From Methanobacteriota archaeon (GTDB lineage: Archaea; Thermoplasmatota; Thermoplasmata; SG8-5; DAIRED01), in contig JAZDNO010000017.1 in the NCBI GenBank assembly GCA_043799545.1, positions 1 through 16,918 of the forward strand: a stretch of DNA of 16,918 nucleotides, read 5' to 3'. The position numbers and the translations under genes are program-made. Shown here piece after piece: positions 1 through 7,287 of the stretch. The notes under the pieces were generated by a model. That model was not told the origin of the DNA. It worked only from the letters and a program-made list of their open reading frames with translations, and ran no database searches. Position 1 is the first letter of the stretch. Each line of letters begins with the position of its first letter.

Positions 1-192
1 TCTGACGATGCGGGCTACACGGTCGCCATGTTCAAGGGTGATGTCTCAGGCACGACTGTCCAGAGCGTCGAGCAGTACGACGGCGGGCAGACGTACCTGA
101 CGAGCGCGATGATAGACGCGAACCTGATGGCGCCGGACAAAGCCTACTGGGTGAAGGTCACCACGGACGGCACCTGGACTAAGGGCTACTAG
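1..192 (+). CDS. 3' end (partial) of a probable exported/surface protein
   Basis: Frame +1 is open from base 1 to TAG 190-192: SDDAGYTVAMFKGDVSGTTVQSVEQYDGGQTYLTSAMIDANLMAPDKAYWVKVTTDGTWTKGY. It has the GC3-rich codon usage of neighbouring genes. The terminal AYWVKV..W motif resembles C-termini of large Thermoplasmata extracellular proteins (recollection, not searched). Confidence 0.7.
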   Translation, partial: SDDAGYTVAMFKGDVSGTTVQSVEQYDGGQTYLTSAMIDANLMAPDKAYWVKVTTDGTWTKGY

Positions 193-210
193 GGAAAACA
201 CCGTTAGATG

Positions 211-260
211 CGGGGCCGCGACGCGGCCCCGAAATCCTTTAAATTTCACTTTTCATTTTC
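211..260 (+). terminator. GC hairpin followed by T-rich tract; probable terminator of the upstream gene, overlapping the next promoter
   Basis: Perfect 9-bp stem CGGGGCCGC(211-219)-GAC-GCGGCCCCG(223-231), followed by TTTAAATTTCACTTTTCATTTT. Confidence 0.55.
231..245 (+). promoter_or_regulatory. Archaeal BRE/TATA promoter candidate, predicted TSS near G268
   Basis: GAAATCC-TTTAAATT. A pyrimidine/purine step C267/G268 lies about 30 nt downstream of the TATA start. Confidence 0.5.
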
Positions 261-267
261 CACAACC

Positions 268-492
268 GGCGCCAGGCATCGAAATCCTTCGAGCGAGCAT
301 GCACTGGCCCAGCCATGCCATTCGTCAAGGTCCGTGTCTCGGTGGCTTCGCCACCTTCGACTGACCCGAGTTTCTTTGCGAGTAGTTCCGAATCCCTCGG
401 TCGAACCGAGCTGGTGAGGCCGAACTTTCTTTGCTCCAAATGCTTTCTTTGGTAAGGCCGAGCCAGAGAGGTGAGACTCAAAGAAAGCGTTT
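268..492 (+). ncRNA. Candidate structured non-coding RNA or long structured leader of unknown family
   Basis: No convincing ORF. Stems: 271-278/300-308 enclosing 279-283/288-292; 341-346/350-355; 384-388/422-426; 396-401/405-410; 14-bp 438-451/479-492 with one G-U pair that is valid only on the + strand. Three TTTCTTTG copies (371, 426, 444). Upstream TATA at 238-245. Confidence 0.45.
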
Positions 493-495
493 AGC

Positions 496-508
496 GGAAG
501 GTTTAAAT
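496..508 (+). promoter_or_regulatory. BRE/TATA promoter candidate for LSm-glmM
   Basis: GGAAG-GTTTAAAT about 45 nt upstream of ATG 550; RBS-like GGGGGA at 537-542. Confidence 0.5.
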
Positions 509-549
509 CCCCCCGACCAATTGCGCATATAGCAAAGGGGGATACCCGC

Positions 550-765
550 ATGACGATGCCTTTAAACGTACTGGAGCGTTCGGTGAACAAGCGCATATCG
601 CTGCTCCTGAAGGATGGGAGAACGCTCGTCGGAAAGCTCAACGGCTACGACGAGTACATGAACATGGTTCTCGAGGAAACCGAAGAGACGCAGAACGACC
701 AGGTTCGCCGCCTCGGAATAGTGGTGCTGCGCGGAAACAACGTGGTCACGATAGTTCCAGTCTGA
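550..765 (+). CDS. Sm-like (LSm/SmAP1) RNA-binding protein
   Basis: 71 aa with Sm1 motif (LKDGRTLVGKLNGYDEYMNMVLEETEE) and Sm2 motif (LGIVVLRGNNVVTI). The start could be 550 or 556. Confidence 0.95.
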   Translation: MTMPLNVLERSVNKRISLLLKDGRTLVGKLNGYDEYMNMVLEETEETQNDQVRRLGIVVLRGNNVVTIVPV

Positions 766-2135
766 TGACTGAGAGCAACGCGCCCCGCCTTTTCGGAACG
801 AACGGGATACGCGGCAGGGTCGGCGACACGCTTACTGCCGAGCTCGCGCTCCGTATCGGAGCCAGCGCAGGAACATTTTGGAAGCGCGGCACCGTTGCGA
901 TTGGCACCGATTGCAGGGAATCGGGGCTGATGCTTTCGATGGCGCTCGCCTCCGGGCTGAACTCGGCAGGACTGGACGTCACCGACCTCGGAATAGTCCC
1001 CACACCCGCTCTCCAGTACCACGTCAGGACAAGGGGGCTGGCTGGCGGGATCGTCGTCACCGCGTCGCACAACCCACCGGAATTCAACGGGCTAAAGTGC
1101 GTCTCCCCCGACGGCACGGAGATGTCGCGGACAGAGGAGGAGGAAATCGAGAGGATTCATTTTGCCGGCAAGTTCATCCAGGCCGACTGGCAAGGTATCG
1201 GGCAGCTCGTCCATGACGAGGCCGCAAACGCCAGTTACATAGACGGCGTCGCGGCGGCAATCGCACCGAATAAACCCGTGGGAATCGATGTCGTCGTGGA
1301 CTGCGGGAACGGAGCCTCCGGGTTCACGACGCCCCGGGCGCTGCGCTCCATCGGATGCAGGTTGCAGACCATAAACGCCCAGCCCGACGGTTCGTTCCCC
1401 GGCAGGCCCTCGGAGCCGACCGAGGAGAACCTGTCCGAGCTCATCGCGCTCTGCAAATCCGGAGGATTCGATTTGGGGGCGGCCCACGACGGGGACGCGG
1501 ACAGGGTCGTCTTCGTGGACGAGAAGGGCGGCTTCGTCTCGGGCGACGCCGAGCTCGGGTTGATGGCGCAGCTGGCTTGCAGGCGCACTAAGAGAGGCAA
1601 GGTCGTCGTTCCGATAGACACCTCGCGCGCGGTCCAGGAGGCCGTGGAAGGCGAGGGCGGGGAACTGATATATACTAAGGTCGGCTCGCCCGGCATCGCC
1701 AGGAAGATGAGGGAAATCTCGTCCGTCCTCGGCGGAGAGGCCAACGGAGGTATCATTTTCCCCCAATTCCAGTATTGCAGGGACGGGCTCTTCGCAGCTG
1801 CGTTTCTCGCCCGGGAGCTGGCCGAAGGCGGCGAGCCGCTTTCCAAGCTCGTCTCCCGGCTCCCGAAGCGGCAGATGAGGCGCTGGAAGCTCCCCTGCCC
1901 TTTTGAAAGGTTCGAGGAGGTTCTGGCCAAGCTCCAAAAAGAGTACCCGGACGCTAAGCGGTTCGACGGTCTGCTCGTAGAATCGAAAGACCACTGGGTA
2001 CTGTTCAGGCCGTCGGGCACGGAGCCCATCTTGCGCTTGACGGTAGAGTCTAAGAGCGATTCCGCGCTTTCGGGACTCTTCGAAAAGTATTCCGGTTCGC
2101 TCAAGGCTGCCGTCGAGGGCGCGCGCGGACGATAG
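765..2135 (+). CDS. glmM: Phosphoglucosamine mutase / phosphomannomutase (alpha-D-phosphohexomutase family)
   Basis: FGTNGIRG, catalytic TASHNP, metal loop DGDADR, GGEANGG, FRPSGTEP. The start overlaps the LSm stop (TGATG). Exact substrate specificity is not determinable from these motifs. Confidence 0.88.
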   Translation: MTESNAPRLFGTNGIRGRVGDTLTAELALRIGASAGTFWKRGTVAIGTDCRESGLMLSMALASGLNSAGLDVTDLGIVPTPALQYHVRTRGLAGGIVVTASHNPPEFNGLKCVSPDGTEMSRTEEEEIERIHFAGKFIQADWQGIGQLVHDEAANASYIDGVAAAIAPNKPVGIDVVVDCGNGASGFTTPRALRSIGCRLQTINAQPDGSFPGRPSEPTEENLSELIALCKSGGFDLGAAHDGDADRVVFVDEKGGFVSGDAELGLMAQLACRRTKRGKVVVPIDTSRAVQEAVEGEGGELIYTKVGSPGIARKMREISSVLGGEANGGIIFPQFQYCRDGLFAAAFLARELAEGGEPLSKLVSRLPKRQMRRWKLPCPFERFEEVLAKLQKEYPDAKRFDGLLVESKDHWVLFRPSGTEPILRLTVESKSDSALSGLFEKYSGSLKAAVEGARGR

Positions 2136-2682
2136 CCCCCATTTCGCGGACCATGTAAGCCAGCGCGTAACCCGCCGCGATGCCGGCGATGCTCCCGGTT
2201 ATCACCCTCATGAGGTTGGTGCTCTCGTAAGACGTGAACGCCTGCGTCAGCCCGTCGACTCCTATCGGTACGAACGCCAGGAGAAGCAAGAGGGGGTTGA
2301 ACTCCCTCCGCAGGACGAAGAAGGCCGCCATCCCCAGGGGCATACCAATGAAAATCGCAGTGCAGCGCGCGCAGAAGGGCATCTGGTTGCCGTTGAGGAA
2401 ATAGCTGCGCTCGTCTATCTGGTGGCAGTTGAGGTCTCCGGCCTGGTACAGCAATCGCACGGCTGGGTTTTCCATCTCGCCAATCGCACCTGCGTGCTCG
2501 CTGCCGCCCACGACGCCGTCCGCGCCAAAATCGACCGTGGCGTGCGGCAAGGCCAGTGGGGCGATGATTGCCGCGAGCGCCCATGCGAGCAGCAGCGCGA
2601 AGAACACGGTCTGCGCCTTGTTGGAAGCCATGTAACGTGGCAGGCCGGCGATGCCATCGATAGCGTCGCGCTTGAGACCCAT
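2101..2682 (-). CDS. DUF2085-type predicted membrane protein
   Basis: Several TM segments and the motif GDLNCHQIDERSYFLNGNQMPFCARCTAIFIG. Start is uncertain (2682 or 2631); 2682 fits a leaderless start about 30 nt from a minus-strand TTTATGTA at 2713-2706. The 3' end overlaps glmM by 35 nt. Confidence 0.8.
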   Translation of the reverse strand: MGLKRDAIDGIAGLPRYMASNKAQTVFFALLLAWALAAIIAPLALPHATVDFGADGVVGGSEHAGAIGEMENPAVRLLYQAGDLNCHQIDERSYFLNGNQMPFCARCTAIFIGMPLGMAAFFVLRREFNPLLLLLAFVPIGVDGLTQAFTSYESTNLMRVITGSIAGIAAGYALAYMVREMGAIVRARPRRQP

Positions 2683-2742
2683 GTGGGGTGCCAAGGGCAG
2701 CCCGATACATAAACAATACGCCTTACCCATGATTCATCTCAC

Positions 2743-2758
2743 CGAAACGCATTTATCC
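2743..2758 (+). promoter_or_regulatory. BRE/TATA candidate for the LarA-family gene
   Basis: CGAAAC-GCA-TTTATCC. The predicted TSS falls near ATG 2780. Confidence 0.35.
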
Positions 2759-2779
2759 GCACGCGGGACTCGGGGAGCA

Positions 2780-4036
2780 ATGAAGCGCCAAGTCGAGCTG
2801 CCTTACGGCGGCGGCACTCAGCGGTTTTCAATCGACGAGGAACGGCTCTCGGCAGTCGTTCTGCCCAGGGGCGGAGCTCCGGCAGGCCGCGGCTCGGTCA
2901 TCCCCGACGCGCTGGAGGCTCCGGTGGACGCCCCGGAGATATCTGAGTTTCTGGCGCCCGGCAGGAAGGTGCTGGTAATCGTCAACGACGGGACGCGCCC
3001 CACCCCCACGCCCGCTGTCCTGGAAGCGATATGGCCGCTTTTGAAGGCGACGAATTTCAGGTTCATGGTGGCCTGCGGGACTCACAAGGCACCGACGCCC
3101 CAGGAGAGGCCGAGGATTTTCGGCACCCTCCTGCCCGAAGCGGAGCGCCGCATCGCTGTCCACGACGCCAACGCCAAGGATTTGGTGTCCGTCGGCGAAT
3201 CGGAGCGCGGCAACCATTTCCGGATAAACAAAGCGTTCGACGAGTACGAGCGCGTGCTGGTGATAGGCTCGGTCGAGCCGCACTACTTCGCGGGCTTCAC
3301 GGGCGGGCGCAAGGGATTCTTGCCGGGCATCGCAGCGTACGACACGATAGAGCGCAACCACCGAAACGCCCTGGACCCGGCATCGCAAATCCTGCGTCTG
3401 GACGGAAACCCAGTCCACGACGAGATGGCGGAGATGGAAGCGGTTCTGAAAGCCCGGAAGCCAGATGGGATTTACACTATCCAGTCCATCGCGGCTGGCG
3501 GGACAGTGCGGCACGCGGCCTGCGGGGACATAACAAAGGCGTTCAGGTCGTTGATTCCTGCGGCGCTGGAGACGTTTTGCAGCCCGATTCCCCGCAAGAC
3601 GGATTTGGTGGTCAGCGCCGCCGTTGCCCCAGGCGACGCCTCGCTATACCAGGCGCAGAAGGCCATCGAGCATGCGAAGCCGGCGCTCGCGAAGGGTGGA
3701 ACGGCGGTCCTTGTTGCGAAGTGCCAGGACGGAATCGGTCCATCCAGCTTCTTCGACCTGCTTACTTCCGCGCCCACCCCCGAGGGGGTCATGGAGAAGA
3801 TTGGCCAGGGTTATAAGCTCGGGTACCACAAGGCGGCAAAGCTGGTCGAGCTGGTAGTTGCAGGAGGAGCGGTCCGCATAGTATCGTCGATTCAGCGGGA
3901 GGCTCTGGGGAGGGGATTCATGAAGGGCCACGCGAGCGTTCAGGAGGCCGTGGATGCAGCGCTCGCCGACGGCTGCGAATCGTGCACCGTGATGCCGGAG
4001 GGGAGCAACACCGTGCCGGTCGCCGGGAACAAGTGA
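2780..4036 (+). CDS. larA: LarA-family nickel-pincer-nucleotide-dependent 2-hydroxyacid racemase/epimerase
   Basis: VNDGTRPTP, GTHK, VEPHYFAGFTGGRKG, ERNH and LYQAQKA match the LarA catalytic and cofactor motifs. Start placed at ATG 2780 (MKRQVELPYG) after GGGGAG 2772-2777, not at the ORF-track start 2651. Confidence 0.88.
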   Translation: MKRQVELPYGGGTQRFSIDEERLSAVVLPRGGAPAGRGSVIPDALEAPVDAPEISEFLAPGRKVLVIVNDGTRPTPTPAVLEAIWPLLKATNFRFMVACGTHKAPTPQERPRIFGTLLPEAERRIAVHDANAKDLVSVGESERGNHFRINKAFDEYERVLVIGSVEPHYFAGFTGGRKGFLPGIAAYDTIERNHRNALDPASQILRLDGNPVHDEMAEMEAVLKARKPDGIYTIQSIAAGGTVRHAACGDITKAFRSLIPAALETFCSPIPRKTDLVVSAAVAPGDASLYQAQKAIEHAKPALAKGGTAVLVAKCQDGIGPSSFFDLLTSAPTPEGVMEKIGQGYKLGYHKAAKLVELVVAGGAVRIVSSIQREALGRGFMKGHASVQEAVDAALADGCESCTVMPEGSNTVPVAGNK

Positions 4037-4077
4037 TGCTGAAAGAGTGATGCAAAAGCCTCCGGTTGGCAGGGCCG

Positions 4078-5124
4078 TCAGATTCCCAGCACTTTCTTCG
4101 TAATCTGTCCGAACGCCAGGTCCTTTATCATCGCCATGTTGCCGACGCCGTACTCCTGGATGACGGGCATTGCGTCGATGAGGCCATTCTCCTTGAGATA
4201 CTGCACTTTCCGGACAGAGTCCATCTTCGCCTCGTCGTAGTCCCGGTACGCCGAGAGCATTATTGTCTCGTACTTGCGGGACGCTATGAAGAACGAGTTG
4301 TCGTTCACCACAGGCCCGGGGAGGGGACGCGAGAGGTCCAGCGGCTTCCTCGTGCTGTACCGGATGTGGTAGAAGCAGACGACCTTGAAACCCAGCTTGC
4401 GCAAATCGGGGACCAGCGCGGTCTTGATCAATCCCCCTGACTCCAGGCGCTTGCGAATCGCTGCCACCGTGTGCCTGCTGACCGGGAGCGCCTTTCCAAG
4501 CTCCGTGTCGGTCATCTCCGGATTTTCCACGAGCCCGAGGTATACCAGCTTCTCGGTCTTACCAAGCTCCACCGCTTCCCCGGGGACGAACTGCCGCGGC
4601 ACATCGGTCCGGTCCTCCATGTCGAAAGCGTCGGCCATAATCGGAGCGAAATCCATGAAACGGTCTATGCGGCTGATTGTGAACGGGAAAACGGCCTCAG
4701 TCGGAAGCGTCCCCTCCAGCAGGTTCATGCGGGCGAACGTCTCTGTCCTCACGTCGTTGATTCTGCAGGTGGCCGTGATGTTGCCGGCCAGGCTGAACGA
4801 GAAACCTTTGTTGTTCTCCCCTATGGAATAGAATATCTCGTCGAAGACCTCTATCATCTTCTTCGTCGTCTTCACGCGCTGCTCCAGCGGGATGGCGGGG
4901 TTGAAATCCGTGTGGATGACGACCAGCAGCTCGCATCCGAGGTTCTGCATCACCGGGATTCGCACGGTCCTGAAATACCCCCCGTGGTACAGCCGTTGGC
5001 GTATCGATGCCAGGGTGGACTGGTTCATTCCTATCTCCGCAGCCAGTTCCCTGTTGTTGAGAAGCGGGTTCTTGAAGGCGTGGTAAAGGACCTTCTTCTC
5101 GTTCCTCGACAGCCCGTCTTGCAT
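4078..5124 (-). CDS. Transcriptional regulator with two tandem Lrp/AsnC-like (wHTH + alpha/beta) modules
   Basis: Two homologous HTH segments (LSRNEKKVL..NPLLNNRELAAEIGMNQSTLASIRQRL and LGKTEKLVY..NPEMTDTELGKALPVSRHTVAAIRKRL), each followed by P.(L)..LG.-type linker and alpha/beta domain. Divergent from the aconitase operon. Confidence 0.8.
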   Translation of the reverse strand: MQDGLSRNEKKVLYHAFKNPLLNNRELAAEIGMNQSTLASIRQRLYHGGYFRTVRIPVMQNLGCELLVVIHTDFNPAIPLEQRVKTTKKMIEVFDEIFYSIGENNKGFSFSLAGNITATCRINDVRTETFARMNLLEGTLPTEAVFPFTISRIDRFMDFAPIMADAFDMEDRTDVPRQFVPGEAVELGKTEKLVYLGLVENPEMTDTELGKALPVSRHTVAAIRKRLESGGLIKTALVPDLRKLGFKVVCFYHIRYSTRKPLDLSRPLPGPVVNDNSFFIASRKYETIMLSAYRDYDEAKMDSVRKVQYLKENGLIDAMPVIQEYGVGNMAMIKDLAFGQITKKVLGI

Positions 5125-5336
5125 ATCCCGCCCCTATGTCGCAGGAGGGTTATGAATTTTTCCATTTCAAAATGCCGTTTGAACGTGAAACAATTTAAAC
5201 AAGGGCGAATAATGTAATAAATAATCGTTATTTTTACCGTTTTTACAGATATGATGCCGCATATATATCATTATGAGAATCCTTAAATAATCGAGCATGG
5301 ATTCCCCTGCAACCCTGCTTGGTAGGGGGGGTCACC
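5125..5336. promoter_or_regulatory. AT-rich divergent promoter region with palindromic operator candidates
   Basis: TTTAAA 5194-5199 (minus-strand TATA candidate); GAGAATCC-TTAAATA about 5275-5289 (plus-strand BRE/TATA); palindrome AAATAA-TCG-TTATTT 5219-5233; TAAATAATCG repeated at 5218 and 5284; G-rich RBS before ATG 5337. Confidence 0.6.
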
Positions 5337-7272
5337 ATGGGTAAAAACATCGTCGAGAAGATTCTGAAGGAGCATTTGAAGGTCGGAAAGTACAAGCCAG
5401 GCGAGGAAATCGGAATACGGATTGACCAGACGCTCACGCAGGACGCGACGGGCACCATGGCGTACCTCCAGTTCGAGGCCATCGGGATGAGCCGCGTCAA
5501 GACGGACCTTTCGGTGAGCTACGTGGACCACAACACCGTGCAGATAGGTTTCGAGAACGCCGACGACCACAGGTACCTCCAGACCGTCGCGGCCAAGTAC
5601 GGAGTGCTTTACTCGCGCGCGGGCAACGGCATCTGCCACCAGGTCCACCTGGAGCGCTTCGGAAAGCCTGGAACGACCTTGCTTGGTTCGGACAGCCACA
5701 CCCCGACGGGCGGCGGGATAGGCCAGATAGCCATCGGCGCAGGCGGCCTCGACGTGGCGCTCGCCATGGGCGGGGACCCGTTCTACCTCACGTGCCCGAA
5801 CGTGATAAAAATCAACCTGACGGGCCAACTAAAACCGTGGGTATCCGCGAAGGACGTCGTGCTGAAGATGCTGGAAATCTTCACTGTCAAGGGGAACGTG
5901 GGCACCGTCATGGAATACGGCGGGCCGGGCGTCGAGACCCTCAGCGTCCCGGAGCGAGCCACAATCACCAACATGGGCGCGGAGATGGGCGTCACGACAT
6001 CAATATTCCCAAGCGACAAGGTCACCAAGAAGTTCCTGAAGGCGCAGGGTCGCGTCCAGGATTACAGGCGCTTGAAGGCCGACGCGACGGCGAAATACGC
6101 CCGTGTCGTCGACCTCGACCTCTCGGCAATCGAGCCGCTGGCCGCCACGCCGCACAGCCCCGGCAACATCGCGACGGTCAAGTCCCTCGCGGGGATGCCG
6201 GTCGACCAGGTCTGCATCGGCTCCTGCACGAACTCATCGTTCAGGGACATGATGATAATCGCCAGCCTGCTCAAGGGCAAGCGCATCCACCCGAGCACGA
6301 GCGCGGTCATGGCGGCAGGGAGCAAGCAGGTGTTGACCATGCTGGCGGACAACGGCGCGCTCACAGACATCATCTCTGCGGGAGTCCGAGTCGCGGAGAA
6401 CGCCTGCGGATTCTGCATCGGCAACAGCCAGTCCCCCGCAGAGCAAGGCGATTTCAGTCCGAACCTCGAACCGCAACTTCGAAGCGCGCTCCGGCACGAA
6501 GGACGCGCAGGTCTACCTAGTGAGTCCAGAGACCGCCGCGGCGGCGATGCTCACGGGCAAGCTCACGGACCCGCGCGAGCTGGGCGTGCCGTACCCAATG
6601 GTCAAGATGCCATCTAGATTCTTGGCGGACGATTCGATGGTGCTTCCGCCGTCTCAAAATCCAGACGGCGTGAAGATTTACAGGGGTCCGAACATAGGCG
6701 AGCCGCCGAAGAACGACAAGATGCCGGACAACATCACCGCGGAGGTGACGATTAAGGTCGGCGACAAGACGACGACGGACCACATCATCCCCGCTGGAGC
6801 GAGGATGAAGTACCGCTCGAACGTCCCGAAGTACTCCGAGTTCCTCTTCGAGATGGTCGACCCGAAGTTCTACGAGAGGGCGATGGCCGCGAAGAAGGCC
6901 GGGAAGTTCAACGTGATTGTTGGAGGACTCAGCTATGGCCAGGGCTCGTCGAGGGAGCACGCGGCGCTCTGCCCGATGTACGTCGGCGTCAAGGCCGTGA
7001 TATCGAAGTCCTTCGAGCGCATCCACAGCGCGAACCTCATCAACTTCGGCATCCTGCCGCTGACGTTCGCGAACGAAGCGGACTACGACAAGGTGGCGCA
7101 GGGCGACGAGCTGGAGATTCAAAACATACACCATGTCCTGCAATCGAAGGGTAGGCTGATGGTCAAGGATAAAACAAAGAATTTCGAGTTCGAAGTCAAG
7201 TACGAGCTGACTGACCGGCAGAGGGACATCGTGTTGGCCGGCGGGATGCTCTGCAAGCTCAAGGGCAACTGA
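5337..7272 (+). CDS. acn: Single-chain aconitate hydratase (short, Aquifex/Clostridia-like type), interrupted by a +1 frameshift at the C5 run 6433-6437
   Basis: TQDATGT, GNGICHQ, DSHT, Fe-S ligands CIGSCTN and ENACGFCIG are in frame 3; [15 protein letters not shown] and the swivel domain are in frame 1. Removing one C gives a continuous 644-aa protein (..[24 protein letters not shown]..). May be a sequencing error, a pseudogene or recoding. Confidence 0.88.
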
Positions 7273-7287
7273 ATAGGAGATGAGAAT

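Noticed and set aside
371-451. TTTCTTTG repeats as a CRISPR array
   Set aside because: The repeats are only 8-9 nt with irregular spacing (55 and 18 nt), and no cas genes are present.
315-455. 46-aa ORF MPFVKVRVS..LCSKCFLW, plus track ORFs 208-417, 239-481 and 246-641
   Set aside because: No RBS, codon usage atypical for this genome, only one CxxC, and the TTTCTTTG repeats fall in different frames. Not fully excluded without ribosome profiling.
268-492. RNase P RNA, SRP RNA, C/D or H/ACA sRNA, or tRNA identity for the structured segment
   Set aside because: Only partial look-alikes: GAAAGTTCGGCCTCACC on the minus strand, CAAAGAAAGCGTTTA, and CAGG..AGCA. There is no complementary P4 pair, no GGAA-capped SRP helix 8, no RUGAUGA box, no ACA tails and no cloverleaf.
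2651-2779. ORF-track N-terminal extension of the LarA-family gene
   Set aside because: It covers the divergent promoter region; family similarity and an RBS-like motif begin at ATG 2780.
5226-5249. CGTTAT as a second ModE half-site upstream of aconitase
   Set aside because: The partner arm 12 nt downstream (TACAGA) does not match ATAACG.
5319-7272. Two ORFs (5319-6617, 6520-7272) as a natural LeuC/LeuD-like large/small subunit pair
   Set aside because: The break falls inside domain 3, upstream of the conserved RTSNRNF motif, not at the domain 3/4 linker. The tail of ORF 1 is off-frame nonsense, and one base deletion restores a single protein.
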